Shown here piece by piece: positions 40,433 through 52,136 of a stretch of 64,000 nucleotides of DNA. Source of the DNA: Haliotis rubra (taxonomy: Eukaryota); assembly GCF_003918875.1 (NCBI RefSeq), contig NW_025766988.1:1054001-1118000 (forward strand), given 5' to 3'. Position 1 is the first letter of the stretch; every line of letters starts with the position of its first letter. The position numbers and the translations under genes were made by a program. Below the pieces are notes generated by a model. The model was not told where the DNA came from. It searched no databases and saw nothing but the letters and a program-made list of their open reading frames with translations.

Positions 40433-41456
40433 GGCCTCCCAGATGCTATGTTTGGAACTTTTGTCTGTGGGCGTGCCTCTCCAGAAGCTTTGTTTGGAAC
40501 TTTTGGCTGTGGGCGTGTCTCTCCAGAAGCTATGTTTGGAACTTTTGTCTTTGTCTGAGCTTTGGGAACGTTTCTCTCAGAACGGAAGCTATGTTTGGAA
40601 CTTTTTGTCCGAAGGCCGTGTCTCTCTCTCCAGAAGCTATGTTCGGAACGTTTGTCTGTGTACGTGGCCGCCCAGAAGCTATGTTTGGAACGTTTGTCTG
40701 TGAACGGGGCTCTCCAGATGCTTTGTTTGGAACGTTTGTCTGTGAACGGGGCTCTCCAGATGCTTTATTTGGAACGTTTGTCTGCGAACGTTGCTCTCCA
40801 GATGCTTTGCGTGAAACGTTTGTCTGTAAACGTTGCTCTCCAGATGCTTTGCGTGAAACGTTTGTCTGTAAACGTTGCTCTCCAGATGCTTTGCGTGGAA
40901 CGTTTGTCTGTGAACGTTGCTCTCCAGATGCTTTATTTGGAACGTTTGTCTGTAAACGTTGCTCTCCAGATGCTTTGCGTGGAACGTTTGTCTGTAAACG
41001 TTGCTCTCCAGATGCTTTGCGTGAAACGTTTGTCTGTAAACGTTGCTCTCCAGATGCTTTGCGTGGAACGTTTGTCTGTGAACGTTGCTCTCCAGATGCT
41101 TTATTTGGAACGTTTGTCTGCGAACGTTGCTCTCCAGATGCTTTGCGTGGAACGTTTGTCTGTGAACGTTGCTCCCCAGATGCTTTATTTGGAACGTTTC
41201 TCTGTGAACGGGGCTCTCCAGATGCTTTCCGTGGAACGTTTGTCTGTAAACGTTGCTCTCCAGATGCTTTATTTGTAACTTTTGTCTGTGAACGTGGCTC
41301 CCCAGAAGCTATGTTTGGAACTTTTGTCTGTGAACGTAGCTCTCCAGAAGCTATGTTTGGAACTTTTGTCTGCGAACGTTGCTCTCCAGATGCTTTGCGT
41401 GGAACGTTTGTCTGTAAACGTTGCTCTCCAGATGCTTTGCATGGAACTTTTGTCTG
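40433..41456 (-). repeat. 42-bp coding tandem repeat (14 aa, QTNVPRKASGEQRS), about 24 units including degenerate ones
   Basis: Visible in DNA and protein; continues past the ORF stop at 40530 in a shifted frame. Confidence 0.95.
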
Positions 41457-43166
41457 AGAGCTCTGATTTGAAGGACATGTCTGAGTACTGGAGACAATGG
41501 GCTCACAAACCAGCATCCCTACAGAATTGGCACCTGGGCTTTTGTACGGCAAAGATGTTGTCTCATTCTTTGTTACGAGGTTCCTACTTCCACTAGGCTT
41601 TATACTCCAACCAACAGAGCCCGGTTTGGCGGGTGCAGCTTTTAACATTATCTCCAACAGTTTGGAGATATCTCTTGTAGGTACACCTGTACGTGACCTT
41701 GTGGTATCTGGTTCTGGTTCAGATACAGCATGGGACGTGAGCACAGAAAGTGTTTCTGCGAGACCTGAAGGTGATGTCGAAGAAACAGGAGGTATGTTCC
41801 TTTCGGGATCATTTCCTCCACGAGCACATGTTGTTGATTCCTTGTGTTTTTCATCTGAGTGTTCATTTGTTCCTGGATCTTTCTCTGGGGACCTTAACGC
41901 CCGCCTGGGTTGTATTGCTGTATGTAGAGACTGCGTAGAACTGACGGTGTGTGTCTGTTCATTTCTTTCAGAGGATGCTTGGAAACTGGGGTTTGTTTTC
42001 TGTGAATGTTCCTGGGGAGCTGTTAAGTAATGTCGAAATGTTTCTTCACTGGGCGATTCACATTTATCTCCGGCTGGCTGTAGTTGTAGCTTCTTTTGGA
42101 AATTCTTATCTACCTGTAGTGTGGTAGGACAGGCAGGTGGGTTCTCTTTAGAGACAGTTGAAATTGGGATATTGTCATTTTTATCCTTTCTAATGTTTGT
42201 GCGTCCAGCCATGCATCCAACTGTATCATGTTGGATTCTCTCTTCAAATTCAGGTGATCGGGGGGAAATACAGAACTGTTGAGGCAACTCACGGGTTGTA
42301 AGATTTTCATGGTTCGAGGACATATCAACAGAAGCTCCTCGTATTGACTGAGATCTTTGTTTGTATGATGACTTGGTCATGACTGGGCTTCTTGGGATGT
42401 TGCTCAGCGACATCTCTGGTGTGTCTATGTTCTGCATCTTTAAGTTCATGTTTGTACTGGGCACCGTGGTTGAAAAGTATAAGTTTGCTGTTTCACTTCG
42501 GCAGATAGGAGTGTCCTTGGGACTCTTTGTCAGACAATGATGCATTGAATGTTCTACATGTTGATCAGTCTTCATTTTCTTTGAATCGGTATGGAACTGC
42601 GATTTCTCTCGATCCTCTTCCGCGGGTCTCTTCCTCGACATCAAACTGAAATCAGGTGCAGTATGTTTATCTAACGAGCTCAATCTCCTTCGAAAAACCT
42701 TTTTTCGCTCTTCTGTACCGTTGCTAGGTCGGACAGATACATCCTGTGATTGTCCATTTTCATGTGTGAAGGTTTTGGAATCAGCATTGACAACTGCCAC
42801 ACTGGCAGTCGACATGGAGCAGAGAATCGGTTGTATGTCGTTAAACTTTGGTTTCTTTCCCTGTAGGTATGTGATACATTCCAGGTAGGACTTACCACAG
42901 TTGTGGACATGTATGGTCTTATCCAGCCAGTACACTGATACCATCTCAAGTTCCTCCTCGGGGAGATTCAGCAAGAATTCTATTAAGTCCTGCTTGCCAT
43001 TACCACTGAACTGCTTCCGAAGATCCTTGATGATATTGCTTGATGAACCGACATAGATGGTCTCCCACCTGTAGGCAACCTTGTACACTCCACTAGGCCT
43101 TAACTTTGTCCGAACGATGACTGGGTATGGAACATGACCTCTGTGCAACAGCTTGCATGGTTTCAT
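40530..43166 (-). CDS. ZnF-GIY-YIG family copy 3, GIY-YIG-like exon with long disordered tail and 14-aa tandem repeats (878 aa; probably extends to 40321 across a 1-nt frameshift)
   Basis: Acceptor tttatttccag|ATG at 43166. GVYKVAYRWETIYVGSSSNIIKDL...HVHNC...SYLECITYLQGKKPKFN, followed by about 2.3 kb of open frame. Confidence 0.87.
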   Translation of the reverse strand: MKPCKLLHRGHVPYPVIVRTKLRPSGVYKVAYRWETIYVGSSSNIIKDLRKQFSGNGKQDLIEFLLNLPEEELEMVSVYWLDKTIHVHNCGKSYLECITYLQGKKPKFNDIQPILCSMSTASVAVVNADSKTFTHENGQSQDVSVRPSNGTEERKKVFRRRLSSLDKHTAPDFSLMSRKRPAEEDREKSQFHTDSKKMKTDQHVEHSMHHCLTKSPKDTPICRSETANLYFSTTVPSTNMNLKMQNIDTPEMSLSNIPRSPVMTKSSYKQRSQSIRGASVDMSSNHENLTTRELPQQFCISPRSPEFEERIQHDTVGCMAGRTNIRKDKNDNIPISTVSKENPPACPTTLQVDKNFQKKLQLQPAGDKCESPSEETFRHYLTAPQEHSQKTNPSFQASSERNEQTHTVSSTQSLHTAIQPRRALRSPEKDPGTNEHSDEKHKESTTCARGGNDPERNIPPVSSTSPSGLAETLSVLTSHAVSEPEPDTTRSRTGVPTRDISKLLEIMLKAAPAKPGSVGWSIKPSGSRNLVTKNETTSLPYKSPGANSVGMLVCEPIVSSTQTCPSNQSSQTKVPCKASGEQRLQTNVPRKASGEQRSQTKVPNIASGELRSQTKVPNIASGEPRSQTKVTNKASGEQRLQTNVPRKASGEPRSQRNVPNKASGEQRSQTNVPRKASGEQRSQTNVPNKASGEQRSQTNVPRKASGEQRLQTNVSRKASGEQRLQTNVPRKASGEQRLQTNVPNKASGEQRSQTNVPRKASGEQRLQTNVSRKASGEQRLQTNVSRKASGEQRSQTNVPNKASGEPRSQTNVPNKASGEPRSQTNVPNIASGRPRTQTNVPNIASGERDTAFGQKVPNIASVLRETFPKLRQRQKFQT

Positions 43167-44826
43167 CTGGAAATAAATGCAGTATTTTATCTATCATTAC
43201 TCATATCATAAGACCCGGCTTAGAATTGATGTTCAGTAACAAATGCGTATCGTAAGAGGTGATTGATGGGATCGGGTGGTCAGGCTCGATGACTTAGTTG
43301 ACATATGTCATCGTAACCCAATTGCGTAGATCGATGCTCATGCTGTTGATCACTTGATTGTCTGGTCCAGATTCCATTATTTACAGACCGCCGCCGTATA
43401 GCTGGAATATTGCTGAGTGCGGAGTAAAACAACCAACCAACCAACCAACCAACCAACATGACAGGTGTTATTGGTGAGCCCCGTTTGGGCCCAACTTCCA
43501 TACAAGTCATCAAGCCAGCCTTTAAAACATCATGAGCGAGTGAGTTGTGATTTAATATTGAATGCCAGTGTGAAAGAATCACCGGTCTTGACAATCATCA
43601 GAAACAAATTCCGTTTGGTGTAAAGGGAAAATAGTTCTGAAATTATATAACTAGATCACTGAAAATCACTGATGACACCAGGTGTTCGCGAAGAGGGTGC
43701 GCATGTCCTGCCCTATCGGTAGCTTTGAACACAGCTTTAAATACTGTCCGTTTCTTCACTTTCACGCGAAAGCAAAGCCAGAAATAATGTAGGTTTCTGG
43801 GTATTTTACGAAATTTGTGAAAAGGACAAGCATGCTGATTACAATCCTGAAACCACGATCATGGGTTTCTGGCACGCTTAACACTGTGCGAACTGTGCCT
43901 GGGACGACTCGGCGTCCCCGCTCCATCCCTGCCTGACGTTTGATTTTACGCCAGGTGGTTCCACTTTCAAACTTTACCAAAAGAGGGTCTAACAATACAT
44001 AGTATTCGATGAACATTCTCATGTTTGTAATTCACATAATTTTAGCAGTTGTCAAGCATTTAGCACAAAGTATGAAATGTGTTTTAAACTATACCAACTA
44101 AATATTTATGCTGAACTAGTGACGCTTTTGTCAAAGGTGGTCACGAATGAGTCTAAAAGTTGCCATAGCTTTAGTACAGTGCATAAATGAACATTTAAGA
44201 TATATTGAACATTTTCCGCGTAGAAAAGGTAACTTATGTGTTTATGATCAGTTAACAACGAAATGAAGTCATTAATTGGCTATTGACCAATATAGTTTTG
44301 GAAGCATTCCTGTTACTTGGGGACGGTGTGGTTCGATGCTCGATCACACGTATTGGTACAATATGTGCAACCCGTCCCCCTTTATGTCACCGGGATATGT
44401 CTGAAGGCGCCGTTAAACAACATTCTCTCTCATTTGTATTACTTACGTCAATCAAGGGTAAATGGTTTGTTTTTGCCATCGTAGTTGGTTTGTCTTGTTT
44501 TCTATTCAACAACAATCCTGTCTCCGCAGATAACACTGTATCTATATCATGTCCTGCATCAATGCATGGTTTTTGGAGCTCTCTCAAGCGTTGGGACTCT
44601 TTTTGGGGGGTTATTCCAGGTTCCGACCAAGCGAGCAATGGTTATCAGTTAGGCATTTAGTCATCGATACAAACAAAATACGCTTTAAATAACGCTGCTT
44701 TCTGCTTGGATGTTATAAAGCAACGCTGTTGGAACCGTCATTACAAGCACGTGTTATCAGTCTCGATGTTGTTGGTTCTAACAAAAACCATTCCTCATTT
44801 ACTACAGGAGACGGACTGTCAACCCA

Positions 44827-44961
44827 TCAGTGTGATCTATTGGCTTTGATTGAGTCTTTTCTGGTGGAACTGGGTCATTTCGAACACATGTATAACATGT
44901 TTGTGGGTTTGAACCTTGCACACGTTCACTGAGCCTGGCACTGTTCCTGTTCACCCAACAT
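44827..44961 (-). pseudogene. Decayed Cys6-His exon of family copy 3
   Basis: Manual translation from ATG 44961 gives MLGEQEQCQAQ*TCARFKPTNMLYMCSK*PSSTRKD. It keeps the C-x2-aromatic-x8-C spacing, with TGA, AGT and GAC at the C, C and H positions. Acceptor ttttctgtttcag|CAC at 45093 resembles the copy 2 acceptor (cctttcag|CAC). Confidence 0.6.
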
Positions 44962-45803
44962 CACATTGCTGTCAGTGTTAGTCGGTGATGGATGTGATAT
45001 GACCTGGAGCTGGGGGTCCAGCAGGGAGGGTGCACCCGTGGATTTCTAGAATAAATAGTCCTCGGTACTTCGCCACAGTTATACAAAGATGTGCTGAAAC
45101 AGAAAAGGTACATAGACGTATTTTGTGAGTGGGTGGGAGAGTTTGGTTTAACTTGGTTTTATGCGGTACGTCCGTTTATGCACGATGTGTTATCTGTACG
45201 AGCAGGAGGAAAGCCGAAGTGATTCGGGTCCTCAAACTTAACCACTTTGGTGAAACCAACGGAATTCTAACACACGATCATATTTTCCTGCGCCCTAAAC
45301 GTACACAACTCTGCACAGAGAATTGGACCAACATTTCAATTGATGCACCATTACTTCATGGCCATAATAGGTCACTGTCTCGACTGCTGTTGTTGTATAT
45401 GACTTGATGCGCTGACATAGCACCAATGAATGGAGTTCCGTATTCCCGGTTCACTGGTAAGCATACAACTTAAGCTGCCTCTGAGACGTTCGAAGGTCAA
45501 TATCTCACCTTACAGAAGCACATTTCAAACAGTCATTTACGTGAGAAGTCACGACGTGTGCTACCCGTGCTTCAGTGAAGGGCACGGTGCCGTTGCACAA
45601 AGCAACGTCCCTCTACGAATGTCCGTAGTCTATGTTAAGGTATGGGTGAGTGAGCTTTAACCACTAGGCTATCCCACCGCCCTGTTAAGGTACTGGAGCT
45701 ACGATCATTTCAGCGCTAAGATTCACCTTGTAAAACGGCACCCAGGACAGAAGTCCTATAAGCCCTCTGGAGACTCTCGAACGTTGTCACCCATACAGTT
45801 ACA

Positions 45804-46214
45804 TACTCCCCATCAAACGTTTAGATTCACTAGTGTAAATGTAGCCATTTACTTAAGTCAACTGTTCTAAAGTAAATTTTGCAAAACTTTCCATACTGTT
45901 TAAAGGTACATGAACTGGCGTATTGTAAAACATATTTGTAACGTTGAAAAGATTATTGTGATGAGTTCAATAAATGATGAAAATTGACGAATTCGTAACA
46001 AAACTTTACACCAAAATGCAGCTGTTCACATGCATGCTATTTGCACATGCTTTTCATGAATTTTTATGCATGATCCTCCTGCAATTCATCTGCATAAGGT
46101 TTTCAGTTGGTTCCCCAAGTTAGTGAAGAAAAAATCATCTTCGATGTAACCATACATATATACATAACATATAGTGAGTGCTTTTAAGTGAGTCTAAACA
46201 TTTGATGGGTAGTA
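45804..46214. mobile_element. Tc1/mariner-type MITE, copy B
   Basis: Same TIRs and internal sequence as 38926-39358. Confidence 0.8.
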
Positions 46215-46548
46215 TATAAGGGCATTGGGGGTAGCCTAGTGGTTAAAGTGTTCGCTCGTCACGCCGAAGACACGGGTTCGATTCCCCACATGGGTGAAGC
46301 CCATTTCTGGTGTCCCCCGCCGGAAAAATCACCCATTCACTCAATTATACAAAATACATATTAACTCCTAATAAACAGGGAAACATTGTTACTGAAAGTT
46401 GTAGTGAGTGAGTTAAGATTTTGGCAGAAGTTAAGCCATATCATGGCTGAAACAAGTTATAGAGTCCTAATATATAAAGTCAAATTTTAAACCCTGTCAA
46501 CGAAGGACAGTAAACAAACTAGAAGATCACAGATAGCCATATGGGAAG

Positions 46549-47061
46549 CATCCTCGATAATCTCCAGGGTATACGTTACGATCACTCTCCACTAGACCCT
46601 GGATGCATCCACGGCTTGGCCCGATGATTTTATTACCACCCTTGGCTGGCTTTTTATCTAATCAGGTGTCTACGCTGGGAAGTTGAGCGAACCAATCACA
46701 ACTCACTTTCGCTTCTTAAATTATCTAAATGTTTAAACTTGGCAACACAACTGATGCAGAGGTACTCTGAAAGAGGTAGAAGGAGTTCTTTTATATATTT
46801 TTGGAAAGTTTTAGATCTGTCAATTTGTCTGTATTATTTCCTCAAAAATCTGAGTGGCACTGCGAACAAACCTTCGCGACTGCGACCGCTATCTTTGTTG
46901 ACGCTGGCAAGCTCGGATGTAACGTCAGCTTAGCTGATTGGCTACTGTGAGAATGCAGAGCCAGCAAAGGGAGGCAATATAATCATCGGGCCAAGCCGTG
47001 GATGCATCCAGGGTATAGTGGAGAGTGATCAACACGTATACCCTGGAGATTATCGAGGATG
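46549..47061. mobile_element. Long-TIR (about 85 bp) MITE with 9-bp TSD (Mutator-like)
   Basis: TIR CATCCTCGATAATCTCCAGGGTATACG...; exact TSD TATGGGAAG at 46540-46548 and 47062-47070. Confidence 0.9.
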
Positions 47062-48175
47062 TATGGGAAGGAGGACACAGGGAAGTGTTTTCCTGGAAGT
47101 CCCTAGGGAGGTTACACCTTTGGTGAACGTTGATTGGCTGTTTCCGAAAATAAAATAGCCAATCAACGCGTAGGGATATGCGGATTCCCCCACGCCGCGG
47201 GTTTCCTATATGAGAACGCTGTTTTCATTTTAGCGATTTTTAGATCGAAAACTGATCTGGGTAATAAAAACAATAACCAACTCGTGACGGGGAATAACAT
47301 ACTATCTTCCCCCTATTATAGTAATTATGTAATTCTCTCGCCATGGCTCGAGAATTACGCAATTAATATAACTCGGGAAACATAATCTGTCATTCCCCGT
47401 CACTTGTTAGTTATTGCCTAAATATCCACTGGAATCCCATCCTCCACCGAGGCGCAACCCACGGCAAACAGGAGTGCTGACGACCTACGCCTGAAAGTTA
47501 CTAGCCCACAAAATAATTCACTATCCCGAAATTTGAATGTAGAACTGTACATATAATACGTTATTTGGCTCATTGTTTACAAATATTCTACTTAACTACC
47601 CACCTTTATAATTGCATTTAACCAGTGTAGTCGTTATCGGTCAGGCTGATCAATTGTATGCTTTGTTTGGTAGTTCTAAACATTTCAGTGTTATGGTGGC
47701 AGTCTGCATATAGTCGAGTCTGGGTCGTTGATTGACATCACAAGCATCAATCAACGCAATATGGATACGATAACGTGCATTACCAACCGAGCCTGACCTT
47801 TCAATCCCGTTAGTGGCCTCGAACGACGAGCATAGATTTAACCAGTGCAGTGGCTATCAGTCAGGCATTTAGTCATGATACAAACAAAATACGCTTTAAC
47901 GATTTCTGTTTGGATTTTATAAAGCAACGCTGTTTAAAACAACATCAATAAACAGTTACTTACAACTACGGCCACTATCGTCCATGTCAGCGCTCCTCTC
48001 AAACAGCAATGTGAATAAGTTTCCCAACTCGTGACCAACATTTATTTGAGTCGGTGAGGAGGTATGTTGCTCCTTATAAAATTTAGCCTCTCCGTGTATA
48101 AATTGTATTGATTTTATTTGGCTGTTCTTTAGTGACGCAAATATTTCAGTTATACAAATGTACAAATTGAGTCTG

Positions 48176-48456
48176 GCCCCGGGATCATGAAAGTCCTCTG
48201 AATATGTAGTCTATTTCTCTTAGAACGAATCCTACGAATGAGGCGAATCACTTCAGCCATTTTTAATGCTACAAATATTGTGTTAAGTCTACTCAGGGGC
48301 AGTCTTAGGACTTAAGATCAAATTTGGTCTTAGACTGTAGATTTTCTCAAAGATCGAGCTTCGTGATCCCAAATTTTAGACTAAATTTTGTCTTAAGTCA
48401 AAATTTTAAGACTGAAGACAAAATATGGACTTAAGACATTTTCATGATCCCGGGGC
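48176..48456. mobile_element. Harbinger-like MITE
   Basis: TIR GCCCCGGGATCATGAAA, CTG TSD. Confidence 0.75.
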
Positions 48457-49825
48457 CTGGACGAGACAAACGTCACAAGCATCTACACAAATGACAAGTG
48501 TCAACCAAGCCAGCGAGCCTGACCACCCGATCCCGTTAGTCGCCTCTTACGACAAGCACGGGTTACTGAAGACCAATTCTAACCTGGATGTTCATGGTGA
48601 TGAATAGTTTGAGAACTTTACAAAATATGAAGTATATCCATTTCAGACTTTGTTATGAATTATTTCAAGCCGTTAAAAGTGCAAGATTGAGAAGTGAGAT
48701 GAAGGACAATAAAAACTTTTCTACATGCCAGTTTGATGGTTCTGTCATGGACTGTATTCAACCATTCACGGAAGTGGAAGTGTTCAAACTGATTAAGGAT
48801 AGTAAGCCAACGACATGTGTCTTGGATCCTATGACGACCAACGTTCTGTTAGAATTCACTTATGATCTTATTGTTCCTATAACTAAACTGGTAAATTTGA
48901 GTTTAACTTCAGGCGCGGTTCCTACACCCCAAAGGAGGCGGTCATCAGACCATTAATAAAAAAAAGCGGGATCTGATCAAAATGACTTGAAAAATATCCG
49001 TCCTGTCTCCAACTTACCCTTTCTATCCAAACTTGTTAAAACGGCTGTGAAAGTGAGACTCAACTCCCATCTTACAGTGCACGGACTTATGGAAATGTTC
49101 CAGTCTGCTTATAGCCCACGTCATAGTACGGAAACGGCACTCATTCGTGTTATGAATGATTTATTTTGCTCGGTTGACAGCGGAAAGATTGCCCTACTTG
49201 TACTTCTTGACCTATCAGCAGCTTTTGACACTCTTGATAACCATACACTTCTGAGACAACTTGAGACTTCATTTGGAATAGCCGGAATGGCACTATCACG
49301 GTTTGTTTCAAGTCTCAGCGATTGACAGCTGTGAGTTATCATAAATAATCATGCATCTAAAAAAAGCCCTTTATCCTGTGGAGTACGGCAAGGATCGGTT
49401 CTAGGGCCTGTGTTGCTTACGCCTTACGCCAGAGATCTTGGCGATGTAATCAGTACACATGATGTGAGCCACCATTTTTACGCAGATGACACCCAGTTGT
49501 CCGATTCCCGCAATCCCAGTACTGCAGAGCAAATGTGTGAGCGACTGTACAAGTGGACGTAGAAACATGGATGACACATTTGCTGAACTGAATGAGTCGA
49601 AGACCGAGGCGTTGTTTGCCGGCAAGAATCTTCATCAAGTGATGACTAACTCATTCACAGTTTGCAGCACTGTCATTCCATTTTCGAAAGCCGTAAAAAA
49701 TCTTGGACTTCATGTGGACTGTGATCTCTCTTTAAAAGCTCATATTGACACAGTCTGCACAACCTGTTACTTCCATTAGCACCATCAGAAGCTCTCTTAC
49801 TACAGCGACAGCTCATGCTCTAGTG

Positions 49826-50382
49826 AGGTGAGAGGTGAAATTGGGTTTAACGTCGTGCTTGAGAATATTTCGCTCATATGACGACGTGCATGCGTGTGTA
49901 TGTGTATGTGTACGTGTCTGTGCGGCTGCTTGTACTAGCCCAGATAGTCTGTCTCACAGTACCTGAACCACACTAATTTCCCTACTGCCAAGCCCTCTCT
50001 GCAGTGCTAAAACCCTAAATAAAGCAAGTCTAGAATCTCTGGTCTCCCTAGGGCTCCTTTTCAATATAAATGGGCTTGCTTGTTACTATCAAAATTATAT
50101 ATATTCAGAGACTAAGCCTTAGTCTACAGCCCAGACTGAAGCTGGTTTTATAGTGCTAGCCCACTGAGATACCATGCCGCAGTGAAGCATGAATACCTCA
50201 CTCAGACACATTATACTGACTCCGAGCCGACCAGTCCTTCTTGTACCCATTAATGCCGAGCGCCAGGTAGGGACCAACAAGTACCATATTTTAACGTCTT
50301 TTGGTATGACGCGGTCGGGGATCGAACCCGCGACCTTCCGCTCTCCGGGCGGATGCTCTAACCACTACACCGCGGAGGCGGT
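49826..50382 (-). mobile_element. tRNA-derived SINE (family C) inserted in the LINE
   Basis: tRNA-like head with A box (GTGTAGTGG) and B box (GGTTCGATCCC); exact 13-bp TSD TCATGCTCTAGTG at 49813-49825 and 50383-50395. Confidence 0.88.
49945..50126 (+). mobile_element. Short non-autonomous element with 3' hairpin (second copy about 59480-59676; 3' end only at about 62816-62840)
   Basis: Shared tagtctgtctcacagt...aagcaagtctaga...ttcagagactaagc(c/g)ttagtcta. The terminal stem-loop suggests Helitron/Helentron type (inference). Confidence 0.6.
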
Positions 50383-52136
50383 TCATGCTCTAGTGCCATC
50401 TCTGGTTCTGTCAAAGATTGACAACTGTAATAGCATCTTCTACAGGCTTTCCGGAAAAACGTCTATCAAAACTCCAGAAAGAACAAAACTCTGCAGCTCG
50501 ACTTGTCAGCAATGTTCCCTCAAGGATCCACATAACGCCAGTTCTTGAGACTCTGCAATGACTACCAATCAGAGCCAGAATTCAAGGTCCTGAGTCTTTC
50601 CTACCAGTGTTACCATCATACGGCTCCAGACTACCTTGTTGAGCTAGTCACCAAGCCCAATCCTTCCAGAATGAAATGCATGTGCTGCCTACAGGAAGAA
50701 GTGGTCATCTCAAAGATATTTTATACTTTTTCATGTGTGTTTTATATGTCTCATCTGTTGATTAACATCTTACGTGTCTTTCTTTCATAAAGTTTATGTT
50801 GAGATATGTAAAACAGTATGATACCCATAGAAAAACTTAAATCAGCCATCGTATTGAATGGCTCAAAATATTATAGGTGGCATGACCACCCGAAGATCGA
50901 CAGGACTGGATATTATTTGTAAATTGTTATGACATGCCGTTTGCTTCCCCAGTTTCTTATCTCAGCTGATATCTCTATTCCCCGGGCCGCCCCCAACCAC
51001 CGTCTGCGACACCCGTCCTGATTTTGCTTTTGAGACCCTTCCTACCTGTTTCTTTTTATAATGGCAGTGAGACTCCATGGTAGCTGCATCTTTAATAGTT
51101 TCAGTATTAAAGTCGTTATTTTTTACGTCAGCTATCTTTTATAATGAAGTTTAATTTCAAAATGGGCATTTAAAAAGTGTCCTTTGTAATGCAATATCAT
51201 CGCACACTATTTGCATAAAGCCATGGTTTGTTCCAAATAAGTCACTTTAGACTCCGAAAAAACCCGCATTACTAATTTCTGCACTAATTTCATCTCAGTA
51301 AAGTCCTCTTTCTACGTTACCTACCTCCCTGCTACTGAGCCTGTAGTTAAGACGAACTTAGTTTAACAGATATTTCACACTTTCAAATATAACTACATAA
51401 ATTGTAGATATAAATGCGAAAAGAAAACAGATTTTGTTTTCTATTTCCGACAGTACTTTAGGATCTGTTCCTTTCGGCCCCCGCCAGATGCTGTGACAGT
51501 CTATGTTAGTTGAAATGCATATAACGAGCTACGGTTAAGTCGTACTACGGTTAACACGAACTAACTTTAGCGGTCCCTGTGCGTTCGTTATAACCATCGT
51601 TTGCCTATGGTTTCATTTTGTATTGAGTATTGTCAGTAACTCTGAATGTGAGATAACCCTCGTCACGTCATTGGGATGGTTACCGCCGCCAAATAGCTGG
51701 AATAGTGCTGAGTGCGGCGTACAACTAAATTCACTCACTCATGCCCTCATCAACCATGACATCTCTATATTATCACTGTTCACTCATCCTCCCTCAACAT
51801 GCACATTTACCCTATTGCGTTGTCGTATGATTGTAAGTGCAAAAAGAAATCTATGACGAATATACGTCCTTCCTGTAACGTAACATACATAGAGGATAGC
51901 TGTCGCTCGGGAAATACCAACATTTAGGCACTCGTGTCGTAAACATAGTAAGACATTGGCACTCATATAATATTCTATTTATTACCGAAGTCGTCAAATA
52001 GAGGAAAATAAACCCAAATCTACTTTCAAACACGGGCTGGCTACCCGCCGTCGCCGCATGTGGAACGCAACGTCATAGAAGAAATGTGACGTCATAGCAT
52101 TATTCATGACGTCACGTCACCATGACAAAGTGATAT

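Larger units (their letters stand above)
48690..50670 (+). mobile_element. Decayed, 5'-truncated L2/CR1-group LINE (ORF2 reverse transcriptase remnants)
   Basis: Frameshifted motifs: [86 protein letters not shown]. Boundaries approximate. Confidence 0.9.

Noticed and set aside
40408-41596. Plus-strand 349-aa and 238-aa repeat ORFs
   Set aside because: Antisense shadows of the 42-bp coding repeat of copy 3.
38926-46214. Shared 430-bp segment as evidence of segmental duplication of copy 3
   Set aside because: Both copies are bounded by TIRs and similarity stops there, so they are independent MITE insertions.
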